Shown here: in pieces, positions 10,689-21,865 of the stretch
How the letters are laid out: each line of letters opens with the position of its first letter
How positions within the stretch are numbered: the stretch's first letter is position 1
NCBI GenBank assembly: GCA_030704615.1
Contig: CM060734.1
Span: forward strand, 56,854,001-56,918,000
Direction: 5' to 3'
Source of the DNA: Takakia lepidozioides
Lineage: Eukaryota; Plantae; Bryophyta
DNA length: 64,000 nt
Notes under the pieces: model-generated
What the model was told of the DNA's origin: nothing
The model's input: only the letters and a program-made list of their open reading frames with translations
Databases searched by the model: none
Program-made: the position numbers and the translations under genes

Positions 10689-13523
10689 CAAGACATTGCA
10701 GATGCAGAAGAGCGTGACAAACTGGAATACTACAGCTCTACCCCGGAGGAGAGAAGGACAGCAAAGGGGGTTGAGAGTCACATCCAGAAAGAGATGACGG
10801 CCACAAGAAGGACTATTATGAGTGTTTTTGTTAAGCAGTTGAGAATTGCCGACCCATCATTCGGACCGCAGTTTCTTCAAGAGGTGAAAAACCATTACAA
10901 CAAGCCAGGCAAGCCGGAGATGGCCCAGGAGATGTTACATAGGTTGTCTACCGCCGTTGTGTCTTCAGAACAGAAGGTGAAGTGGCTACAAATATGGAAC
11001 TCCGATCCCACTGTTAGGGATACCCACATGTTCCTTAGGCCGGAGAAAGAGAAGAAGACCCAGCATGTCATTCCTGTCAGTGACAATGTGTTGGACACAT
11101 GGCTTCACAAGGCCACTTACTGGAGCCAGGTATGATGTCCTTTACTGTGCCATTTTCTTTTCGTTTTTTCTGTCATTCTCTTTCCATGTTACATTGGCTG
11201 TGATTGTTTTTGGGTTCATTCTTGCATTCAAATTGTTTTGTAGTTGGAGGAAAGGGCCTGGTCGGTTCTACATACGCAGCTGGCTGACTATGGGATCACC
11301 ATGACAGCACCGAAGGTCTCATTCTAAGCATACATGAGGAAATGGAGAGCCACAGTGTGGCAATCTTGTTTCTTCAGAGAGTTCAGCAAGGAGGGTGGCA
11401 TCAGTCAAACAAATGAGCTTGACCAGCAAGAGAAAGGAGAGGAAGCCTGGAAACGATGCATTTACAGGTGCGAAATGGGTGCTTCTTTGTTTTGCAAATT
11501 CTCCATCCAACCTGTTTTGGGCTGGCTCATATGAGTTTGCGGTGCCGCACACTCATTTGTTCTATCTGTGTGTAGTAACACCAACGTGCACACCCTGGGC
11601 CCTTCAGGCTATTTTGTGTGCGGTGGTTGCAGTGTACTGTGCCGCATACTCTTTTAGGGGGTCTTCGTGATGTGGTGGAAAAGCTGGGAGACAATAATTG
11701 CATTGCATAATGAGGCTGTCTCTGTTCCTGCAGGTACATAAAGTATGTTCTCATGGCAGAGAACTGCTTGTACAAACATCCTGATTTCGTGGACCTTTGG
11801 CTTGTCCCTGCTGGCAACCAGACCATATTTACTACGGGGATCTTGCATGACTGGGGCCCAGACCATCTTTCGGCTTGTGGTTGGTATTTGGATTGCCCTG
11901 CTTCTGAGACCCCAGCTCAGGAGGTGTCTTTGAGGAGAGAGAATGAGCGTATAGCAGCCACCGCCGCAGCAGCCGACCTCGACATTCATGATAGAAATTT
12001 GAGGACTCTTGCAGAGAAGGAGCCTCCCGCTCAGGATACCCCGGGTAGAGGTAGAAAGGCAAAGGGAAAGGATGTTGCTGGTGGTGTGAGGAAAGGAAGG
12101 GGTAGGGGGAAGGGGGCACAAGGGCAGGTAGGTGGGCAGGGAAGTGTTCCAGATACTGGCCCTGTGGTGGATGTCCTGCAGACTCCACCGCATGGTAGGG
12201 GATCCGGGAGAAAGAACAAGGGGGTGGTTGATCCCAAGGACCCATACCATGCAGTGGAGCATCCCACGAGGGTCATTCGCCCTACCAGGTTGGAGATGGC
12301 CAACGTCGGGTTCCTTACCATGATGGAGTCCAAGAAATCTGATTACCAGGGCGAGCCATCACCAGTGTGGGAGAGGATTGTGGAGTTCCTCGACACGGTG
12401 CGTGTTGTCTTTTGCTTCCTGTCTGTTGTGGGCATGGATCGTTTCAATCCTCTTGAGCATTCCATTGCATGCTTGTTTGCAGGCTAAAATGACCAAATCC
12501 GGGGTGAACGGGAAGGAGAAGCCATATGCAGCCGAACTCATCATCTTGGACATCCCTAATGGGTTGCCAGTCCCGGATGTCCCTCCATCGGGTGCTTGTT
12601 CAGGTTGGAATGCTTTTGATGAGCGCTACTGGCGGTGGGTTTTCTCCTTTTGCAATTTCTTTCTGTCCGATGCAGGTGTTTTGGTGCTCATCCAGTCCAT
12701 CGACCTTTGTTGTCGTCGTGCACTTGCCAGCTATTTGAAAGCCTCCGGTGTGAGGGTCCTGAAGACATGGAATTGTGTGAACATCATGTACCTGACGAAG
12801 GGGGATCATCCGGGAGAGATGGTAAATCTGCTTTCTTATTCCTCTTCTTGGTGGTTCTCGGGTGGAGTTGCATAAGTCGCTCAAATGAATATGTAGGGGC
12901 CTGGTTTTCAAGCTTCTTAGGTCCTTGTGGATGTCTTGTTCGCAGACTCGTTTGTTTGAAGCTGTTTGTCTCGTCCGAGTGCATCCACCTACGACTCCAG
13001 CCGTCATTAGGGAGTTCGCCATCACTCATGGGGGCAAGTTCATAGACGAGAGGACAGATCCTCCCACGGACTACGTGGACAACAACGTGTGCTTGCAAAG
13101 GGGGGATGGGGTTCCTTGGAGAGGGGCCAGGGAGAGGAGCCCGACTTTCATTCAAACGATTGTGGAGTGTTGCACCTACACAGACGCCAGAGTTCTGGAT
13201 TTGTCAATGGGCACAGGTTCGTCTCTTCAACATTCACATTTCATGAGGTTTGTTTGAGCTTGCACTTTCAGCACTTCCCACCGTTCCAAATGTGTCTTCA
13301 ATGTCTGTTTCCTTCATTTTATTCCACTGCAGGTGCTTCGTACCACGCTTGCAAGGCCAGTGCGCGACATCTCTTTGGGATTGAAGGGGATGCTGGGATC
13401 AAGAACCTCCTGATGGGTTTGGGTGGACACACTTCTCAAGTCATTCCGAAGCCCCTTCCCGGTGATATTGATACAGGGGAGACTTCTGACAAGGAGCTGG
13501 ATTCCGACTTTGCCTGCGAGTAA
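10689..13523 (+). pseudogene. Multi-exon gene with C-terminal beta-class N6-adenine/N4-cytosine DNA methyltransferase domain (5' end missing; one in-frame stop ~11325)
   Basis: GT-AG introns at 11130-11243, 11468-11733, 12398-12482, 12822-12945 and 13217-13332 join the ORFs in consistent phase. The spliced product has LIILDIPNG (motif IV, DPPY-like), then ERSPTFIQTIVECCT-DARVLDLSMGTGASYHACKASARHLFGIEGD (motifs X-I-II). Confidence 0.8.
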
Positions 13524-13739
13524 GTTCAACCTGTGGATGCTTGCATTGTTGTTTCAATACCCATAATCATTGTTCTTAAGGCAAAATGCACATGGGAGAC
13601 ATCCTCTTCGTTGGACTTGTGCATTGCATCATTGTGTTCAAAATGGGTTTTTGTCGACTTGTGCAGGAGTCCGCGTGCTTCCACTGACCCTCCAGGGCTA
13701 TCACACCTTTTTGGACTTTTTTCAAGTCCTCCTCAGTAT

Positions 13740-15090
13740 AAGAGGTGTTTCGTGGGACACTATCAGTATTCAGCAGGTGAGGTTCGTCCCACCCACCTTC
13801 GATGGGCCCATTGTCTTCGAGCTCTCCCCACCTCTCCGAGTTGGTGGCTTGGCTGGGCTAATGGCCGGAATGGATAAGAAACATGAACGAAAACAACAAA
13901 CATTCAAAACCGTGATCAGTTGACATTCAGGAGGACTGTGTGCAATGGCCACCTGAGGTGCGAGAACTTGAAATGCCATCATTTCCTCATGAGTGGTGTT
14001 CACAACCAAAGTGAGTGGGATGGTGTTGCCGAAAATCCATTCCAACCTGGCATACCTTCTTCTTATAGCAACACGTTCATGTGTAAATTCTGTAAAATGA
14101 CCCCACTATTCCTGGCTGTCTGCAACACTAGAATGTACTACATCATCCATCGCTGCAAGACAATGACCAGAGCCTGTGTGCACTTTGGATTTTACAAACA
14201 TCCCGTTTCTAAGGGTGATCATTACAAAGATTGTATTGAGACTATGTCCACATTGATAAGGGAAGAGTGTAGTGCCAATCCCACAGCAACCACATCTGCC
14301 ATTGCACTTGCAGCTAGCAAGACATTCTTAGAGAGTCACATTCTTCATGAGGGAGACTCACATGGGCGGAAATTGGACGGCCCAGCACTGGAAGTGGTGA
14401 TGGATAAATTCTCCACCTTGAGTTCACCTAACATTCGAAACCAAATCACTGCTTTCAGAATAGAATCCGGTTCCACGGGATACATGGACAACATAATGGA
14501 TTTGAAGCGAAGAAGCCGGTATGACTTCATCCAAGGCAGTGCTTTCTTAGGTCAGGGAGCTAAAAAGGTCTACCTTTTCAAAATGTCCAATTTGGGACAA
14601 GCGAGCGGTGTCGGCCTGGTGAAGAGGATGTAATATGGTGGAGATCTGCAGAATTGTTAGTTGATGTTCGATTACGTTAAGCAAGTAAAGGATTGGACAA
14701 CCATGGCTTGCCAAGTGTATGACCCAGTGTATGCACGGGTTATGACAATTGCAGTCTGTGACATGCAATCGGAGGATGCAGATTCCCAGGTTCTCATGTG
14801 GAACTCACTTACTGCTTGCATGAGGTCTCACGGTGTGCAATCCCCGAACTTTGTAGGCTTCATGGCCGACAGTGCCCAAGTGAATTTCAATGTTGTTCGT
14901 GTATTTGACACGAGGCGTGTATTTGACTCGGGGGACCCAAAAATCCCAATGCCAGGGAGAGAACGGATTTGTCTGTTTCACTGGACACGGTCCCTAGACA
15001 AGAATACAAAGTTTGACATAAAGGTCGAATTGCAGGATACACATTTGAATCTTTGCAAGCAGTACAAGAATGCAAGGGGTGTTATTCTGT
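13740..15090 (+). mobile_element. Mutator-like (MULE) DDE transposase with N-terminal GCM-type zinc domain, decayed and 3'-truncated
   Basis: CNGHLRCENLKC...CKFCK...C...RACVHFGFYKHP (GCM/WRKY-like zinc ligands). MFDYVK (first D, 14670), FMADSA (second D, 14868), CLFHW (MULE CxxH). Frameshift ~13915, stops at 14631 and 14658. Confidence 0.8.
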
Positions 15091-16696
15091 GAGCCCAGGA
15101 AACCGTGAGCCCAGCACAGGCTCACGCCACGTCAGCATGCATACAAGGCCTATTTCTGCGGGTGTCACCTATTACCGCGGGTTGATCAGCCATTTCCAGG
15201 GAATGCTGACTGGATGTGTTACATCCATTGTATCCATCATTTCTATCCATTGCATCCATGTAGACGTTATCAACATACCAAGCCCCTGCATTGGAATGTG
15301 CCTACGTCGCGAGCAGGTGCACACTCACATCATCCAAAGCGGATCCCTGCGAAATCTTTTCTTACTCACCACCCTTGCCAACATGCCAGGTATGTGCGGG
15401 AGCATCATGGATGCTCACCAGAATTGAGAATGCCTGAACGCTCTTTGATCACGTGGACTTTATCATGATGGATTTACCAAGCATTCTTCTAGCAGGAATG
15501 GTTTGGAGACCAACGAGCAAATGATGCGAGAATGATCCACCCGAACCAAAGACGTTTGTTTGTTTTTGCAATGCACACAAGCCTGTGAGCTCCGCAAAAC
15601 ACTAAATAGATTGAAGGAACAATCCGGGCAGTCCATGCAACCATCTCCAACGATAGTTTGTTCCCATGAATTTGCATCCCACGCACACATTGCAAACATG
15701 GCAACAAGTACACACAACCATCCCATTTCAAAATTGGCCCCGAATGAAAGCAAAAGAAAACTTCATATCAAGTGTCACAGTCATCAGAATCAGTATCGAC
15801 CTCCTGTGCTATATCATCCACAAAGATTCCGGCCCCAACACCACGTCTTCTACCACGGCCGTCAATGGTTGGACTGCGAGTGCCATGAATGGACATGCTT
15901 GCTGCGAGTGCCTCCGCATAGACATGAAGCACAAAGTGTATTGTCCTCGGTGCTAATCCTTGATCCCACGAAGAAATATATTCATGGCCTTCTACCTACA
16001 TCCCCACCTGCGACCAGACATTCCCGACATGGCTTTCAACTTTGGGATGACACTGCATATTTCCTACACCTCATTGTCTTGGGACATAGAAGTTGGAGGC
16101 TGGGGAGGCTCAATTTCCGATACGTCCTCCTACAAGGAATCAAAAAGCTCCACTACAGTGCTAGAGGTCCAACTCTTGTTTGACCTTAATGTCACGGAAG
16201 TCCTGCAGTACAACAGAAGTTGCAGTTCCCGACGTAACAATGGAGCCAGTGGATTGTTGTCGCGGAGCCCCGAGCACCCGGTATCTTCCCGCATCAACTC
16301 TCCACTCACATCTTCCTGCAAAATCAAGTGGACACTGGAAAAGGGTACTGTTGACATTCCCGCCTTCCCCATATATCTCTTTCTCCACAACGAGAGAGCC
16401 AAGGTCCAGTTTAAATTTGGTCGCAAGGACATGCTCCTTAACAATTACAAAACCAATATCATCCGGAGACAACGCAAAGGGAAGTGTTTCGCCGAGGGAG
16501 AAGAATATTGGGCCAGGGACGAAGCCATGACTGGCCCTCGAAGCACACGGAAGATCTAACACAGAATGCGACCGTGTGTCGATCAATTTTTCGGATCATA
16601 ATTTAGAATAGCACATTTTATGTACAATACTATATATTTTATGAAGTTTAGTACGAAATCATAGTAAGAAATCATAAATAAAATGGAATTCTAGCA

Positions 16697-17320
16697 ATGG
16701 CAGAGGCGGAGGACCAGATGAAGGACAACTCTTTGATTCCGGGATTGACAGACCATGTGACACTAGAATGCGTAGCACGGGTGCCTCGTTCTTATTAATT
16801 ACCGTTGAAAGGTGGTCGTAAGAAATGGCAGAATGCGCTAGTGGTGGTTGATGACAAAGTCTGCAACGACATCTTTGAGACTCGCAAACGGGTAGGGATC
16901 AAGAAGGAATGGGTTTACATGCTGGTTGGGCCTGCATATAATGTACAAACTCTCATAAATGCACGGAAGTGGTGGACGTTTGATTCCATTAGTACGCGTT
17001 GGCGTTGTCTGCCAGACTATCATGTGGATTATACCTTTGAAGTTTCTGACAAGGAGTCGGCAGTTACAGGAACTCAACTTTTGGTTTGTGGATAGTACCC
17101 TAGAGGCTACATGGTATGGAGGTATGATTTAGAACTCAACGAATAGTCTTCAACGCCAAGAATGATTCAAGATTGATGTCTTTTTGACTCAGCAAATGTG
17201 GGACGTCTATTTGTACTGGAAGTCTCACCAATAGACGACTCTCAAAACAATCAAACGCTACAACTCGCTACTTCAAGCATGGGAACCTCTCCCCGATCTC
17301 AACATAGCACGGGAAAGGGA
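16697..17320 (+). pseudogene. F-box/kelch-repeat protein pseudogene
   Basis: SLIPGLTDHVTLECVARVPRS (plant F-box), EWVYML, W..FD....RW..LP, SDKESAVTGTQLLVCG, VWRYD, WEPLPDLN. Several in-frame stops. Confidence 0.85.
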
Positions 17321-17447
17321 GCTAATGGGAAAACAAGGATAAATGTGAACCACTGGATATTGGTTGATCAAGGGTAGCGATCCCCACTTCCCAAACGGAT
17401 GAATGACATGGATGAGGAGCAACATTTTAAAACAGCTCATGTATCAA

Positions 17448-19450
17448 TGTAAGTACTTAAGTTGGTCATGTCCCTAGATGGATGGAAGTTATAGATGGAT
17501 GAAAATTATGAGGAAGAATGAAAATGGATGAAATCAGCGGACGGATGAGAGAGCACAGGCTGGATGAATTTATAGGATGGATGCAAAAGGGATGACATTA
17601 CTAGGATGGATGAAATCAGAAGTATTCAAGTTTGCTTGACCAACAAGCTTCCCATTAAATTTAATGATTAATTCTTAATTTTTCTATTGGCCCAACAGAA
17701 GCATAAAATGAGGCTTGGGGGAGTGGGAAGCAAGTAGTATCAATCAAGAGAGTACCAGTGAGTGACTAGCACGATGTAGAGAGCACGGTAGAGGACAACC
17801 GTTAGAGTTGGAGAGCACAAAGATGGAGAGAGAATCAGTAGTAGTGAGCGATGGACTCAAAGTTACAATTATTTTGTTCCAGATTTGCAATCGTATCTAG
17901 TTCTTTCCACTTTGTAATTGAGTAAAGTGATGACTTGATCTGATCAACCCTCAAGTGTAACGCTAATCTAGACAAAGGCTGGTAGGACGTCCAGTTCTTG
18001 TTTTGCTTTTCAAGTCCTTGGCTTTAGGATTCTGCTCGTATTTTGGCAAAATAGATCTGCTCTAGTGGGGTCTTATTGACCTATTTCCATGCTAGTTCTT
18101 TCTGATAGCAGAGAATAAGGATAATTCTCCCAATAAAACCTGACATTAGTGTAATCAGAGCCTTGTATCCATAGAAATTAATTATTGAAATCAGTTTTTC
18201 TTACAATGGCACACAATTGCAGATGTTGGGGACTGGTCATTTTTCATGTAGGAAAGGGTTCTCATTTCTTTTATACAAAATCGATCTGCTTTAGAATATG
18301 TTCTTGGAAGCTTTCTATGCTAGTTCTTGTTGATAGTAGAGAATAAGGCTAATACTTCCAATAGGACCTAAGATTAGCCAAATCGCAGCCAGGGATCATA
18401 AAATAAGAAGTTTTGAAGGTAGTTGTTCTTAAACTGGAGCAAACAAAAGTCTAAGGTGTAGAATTATGTTTGGCTGATACGATTTGATCTATTTAATTCT
18501 GCTAGTAAGATATCTGAGTGAATTCTTCTTTGAGTCATAAAATTAAGATTACTACAACACTAGAAGTTTTTAGTTCTAGCAATTATTTTTTGGGTTAAGA
18601 GATATTAATTTCAAAAGTAGGCAATATATGCTAGCAGAATTTGGGACGGTCATATCCATGGCACTGATTCTGCAAAGACATATACGTTTGAATGATTTGA
18701 GCTAAACCCTTTTTATGGACCTTGATTCACAAACTAATTCCAAGATCTTGTTGAGTAAATCTTAGGCTAGAGCTTCTGTTTTACAGCAAGTGACTTGAAG
18801 AACCTAGTAGGGACTTAGGATTTTTGAAAACAGGGAATTCTAACTGCCAGGCCATGTTAAAGAGTGAGATTTGACTATTGTGTTTAAATAACTAAAATGA
18901 ACCCTCTTATAACAACATCTAGATTAGTTTGATGGTTAGTTTGGTAGTTTACACTTCCGGGGTTGGGGGTTCAATTCCTGTCGGCCGCGATTTATTTAAT
19001 TTTGCTTATCTGTTCAAAATATTTGTAATAGCCCTATAAGTACTTAGATAGGCAAATTGGCTTTGAATATAACTTGAGGGACTTATTGGTTAGAGGTTTC
19101 GCTCGCACATTCGAGGTTGGGGTTTCAAATCCCAATAGTCGCCACACTGTTTCCCTATAGTTGGTTTTGATTTTGGCTATATTAATATTGTTTGTTAGGC
19201 TGATCTTTTCCTTAGGATGATCTAATTGATTATATATTTTTGACTCACCTAAATTATTGGGTACTAGTAAAAACTAAATAAATAAATATCTTTATCTTTT
19301 AAACATATATATAAAATTATTCAAAAATAATAATAATAAAGTTGGTTAATTGAAATTAATTTATTGTTGTTTACTGAATAATTAATATTTACACTATAAT
19401 ATCTCTCCTTTAAAATAACCATAACCGTTTATACCGAGGGTAATTATACA
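17448..19450. mobile_element. Possible decayed LTR-like segment
   Basis: TG...CA candidate ends, GGATG-rich block (17476-17615), internal ~100 bp duplication (18051-18150 vs 18280-18378), tRNA-like boxes. No TSD found. Confidence 0.3.
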
Positions 19451-20663
19451 TTCGCATTACTTATTTCTGGACTATTGTTTTTGTAAATACGTCAATGAGT
19501 TAGTACTAACTTTTGGTTACAAATTACAAACGCAAACACTTATAACATAGAAAATTTATAAATCCACACTAGCAGCACCCTTGGAGCTAGGCGGCGCCTT
19601 CGGGACCTAACATGGCTTGGTCTAACACAAACCCTAAATTAAGTATGCGATTGTTAATGGGGTCTATTAATGGTTGACACCGTGCACTCCCTGAAAGGTC
19701 CCTGAAATTGCATGATTTTGGAGGTAGTGTTCTCCCCGGAATACTCGGTCAATTCACATCTACTAACGAGGAAAAGAAGCTCAAGGACGTCATCTATATC
19801 CCAACCCACTAGAATGGTTGAGTCGCAATGTTTTTCATCTATGTCCCAACCCACTAAAATGTTTGAGCCAAAACCTATTTGAAAAGCTGACAGACCGTTA
19901 AAGAGTCTTTCAGAAACAGTTGTCAAAACAGTTCTAAAATAAGTTGTTAAGCAGTTATGTGTATGTACTGATACACGTGAAAAGTCGGCGGGGACAAAAA
20001 AACTGGCATTCTATGCCTTCAAAATTTGTTGAGGCACATGGAACCCGACAATGCATTGAGTGAAGGGTTGCAGGAACAACGGCGGACAACCAATGAAAAC
20101 CTGGTAAAATCTAGTGCACTTACTCATCAATCCGGGAAGAATATATGGCCATAGCTACATATGCAAAGACGGCGGCCAGTGCCGATATGTCACATATGGC
20201 GTTGCGATGTGGACACGTATGCGGTGAACACATGTATGCATAACCGCCGAGAGGGAGGCTGGGGCTGGTACTCATCGCACGACGTCTCGCACCCCAACAT
20301 ATCGACGTTTTTCAAGCTGGAGAGCAGCAGGAGAGTGAGTTTCCAGCGAGAGAGTGGAAGGCGTGGAGGCAGTCTATTTTTACATCAGCGAGAGAGAGGA
20401 AGAAGGCGAGAGAGAGAATGAAAGATCACAAGCTGAACATGACCATGAAGGACATTGCAAAGGAGTACGCTGCCCTGCTCCGTAGGAAACGATGCCTAAG
20501 GGCAAGGCACTTGTGGAGGAGGTGGCGACCCCGAAGAAGAAGAAGAAGACCGCGCAGACAGGGAAGAAGGTGCCTGCAGCAAAGGCATCTGGGAGTGCTG
20601 CACCCAAAGGACCTTAGGTAAATCTCCTCCTTCGCTCTTTCTATGCATTGTACATGGCATGGA

Positions 20664-21160
20664 AAATGCGTGCGGTGACGCACGCAATTTTCATACACAC
20701 TTTTCTTCTCCATTTCTGCTTCAACAACCACTGCAAGAAGGCACAGATGCAGGGACCATACAGGTACTCAGTTACCTGTATTCACCTGGAAACAGAGATC
20801 CAGAGATGAGAAATGACATTGAGAGAATCCCCAGAAATTACGTGCGCCCCCAAAAATTGCGTGCGTTGACGCACACAATTTCTGGGGGTTCTCTCAATGC
20901 CATTTCTCATCTCTGGGTCTCTTTTACCCTTATCTATGAAGGACGAGAAATGATGTGTGTTTAGTGGTAGTACCCCCACACAGAGAAGAGAATGAGCACT
21001 AAGAGAACCCCCATAAATTCTCTAGGTCATAGTTCTTCATTATCCATTCAGGCAAAGAGAAGGGATTTGTTTGTAGTGATAGATACTGTACAATCGGAAA
21101 AGAGGACCAGTGGGGGAACCCCCAGAAATTGCGTACGTCAACGCACGCAATTTTTGGGTG
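20664..21160. repeat. Fold-back / palindromic repeat cluster
   Basis: ~53 bp inverted arms 20794-20846 / 20870-20922. Palindrome AATTGCGTGCGTTGACGCAC(G/A)CAATT-like at ~20664, ~20855 and ~21127. Confidence 0.8.
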
Positions 21161-21865
21161 TTCTCCCACTGCTCATCCTCATCTTTGTTTCACAGTTTTG
21201 CCTGTTTCTCCCTTGAATGACCTGATAAGTGTTAGTATAGATTAGTTTTCCATGTCTGATATGTACCTTAGGCTGTAGCAACAATTAATGGTTTGGAAAG
21301 AAGCTACATAGAAAGTTCTGAAACAGGGCCAAACAATATTGTTAATTAATTCCAATTTGTCCCAGAGACCTTTAAAACTACTGCAGATGCAAATAAATAC
21401 ACATGATACAACATACCAGACAGTTACTCCTCGACATCAGAGTGACTATAAATGGTTGAGGTATCAGGTACTGATGCCCCTGTTGTTCATATAGTCAATT
21501 TCAAACCAGCCCCTGGCATACTTTACCAGCATTGAAAAAACCATACAGGGGTCTTGGTTATGCAAATATATCCAGGTGGTTTGGCATCAAAATCTGCATT
21601 AGATGCTAAGCCATGAAAGGGGTTTTTTTATAAAAAAAAACAATGGTACCCAAAGAGTTGCAGTACAAATACTTATGCAGCACTGATATGAATCATATCA
21701 GTATTGATATGTATTATATCAGAAAAAAAAATCACCTTCATACTACCTGGGTACATCAAAGAGTACCATAACCACTCATGCTAGTGTCATTCTGCATCAG
21801 TATATGGTATCATATGTGAACATGGGGGCAGAATACACAAAGGTGTAGACATTGATGTGTGTGTC

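Noticed and set aside
18920-19145. Functional tRNA genes
   Set aside because: A/B-box-like motifs only; acceptor and anticodon stems cannot be formed convincingly.
19565-19612. Helitron 3' end (CTAG-T on minus strand)
   Set aside because: The upstream GC-rich stretch does not form a clean hairpin and no 5' TC end was identified.
20380-20731. Arg/Lys-rich short ORFs as a protamine-like gene
   Set aside because: Low-complexity GAA repeats with frames broken by stops; no support for a real product.
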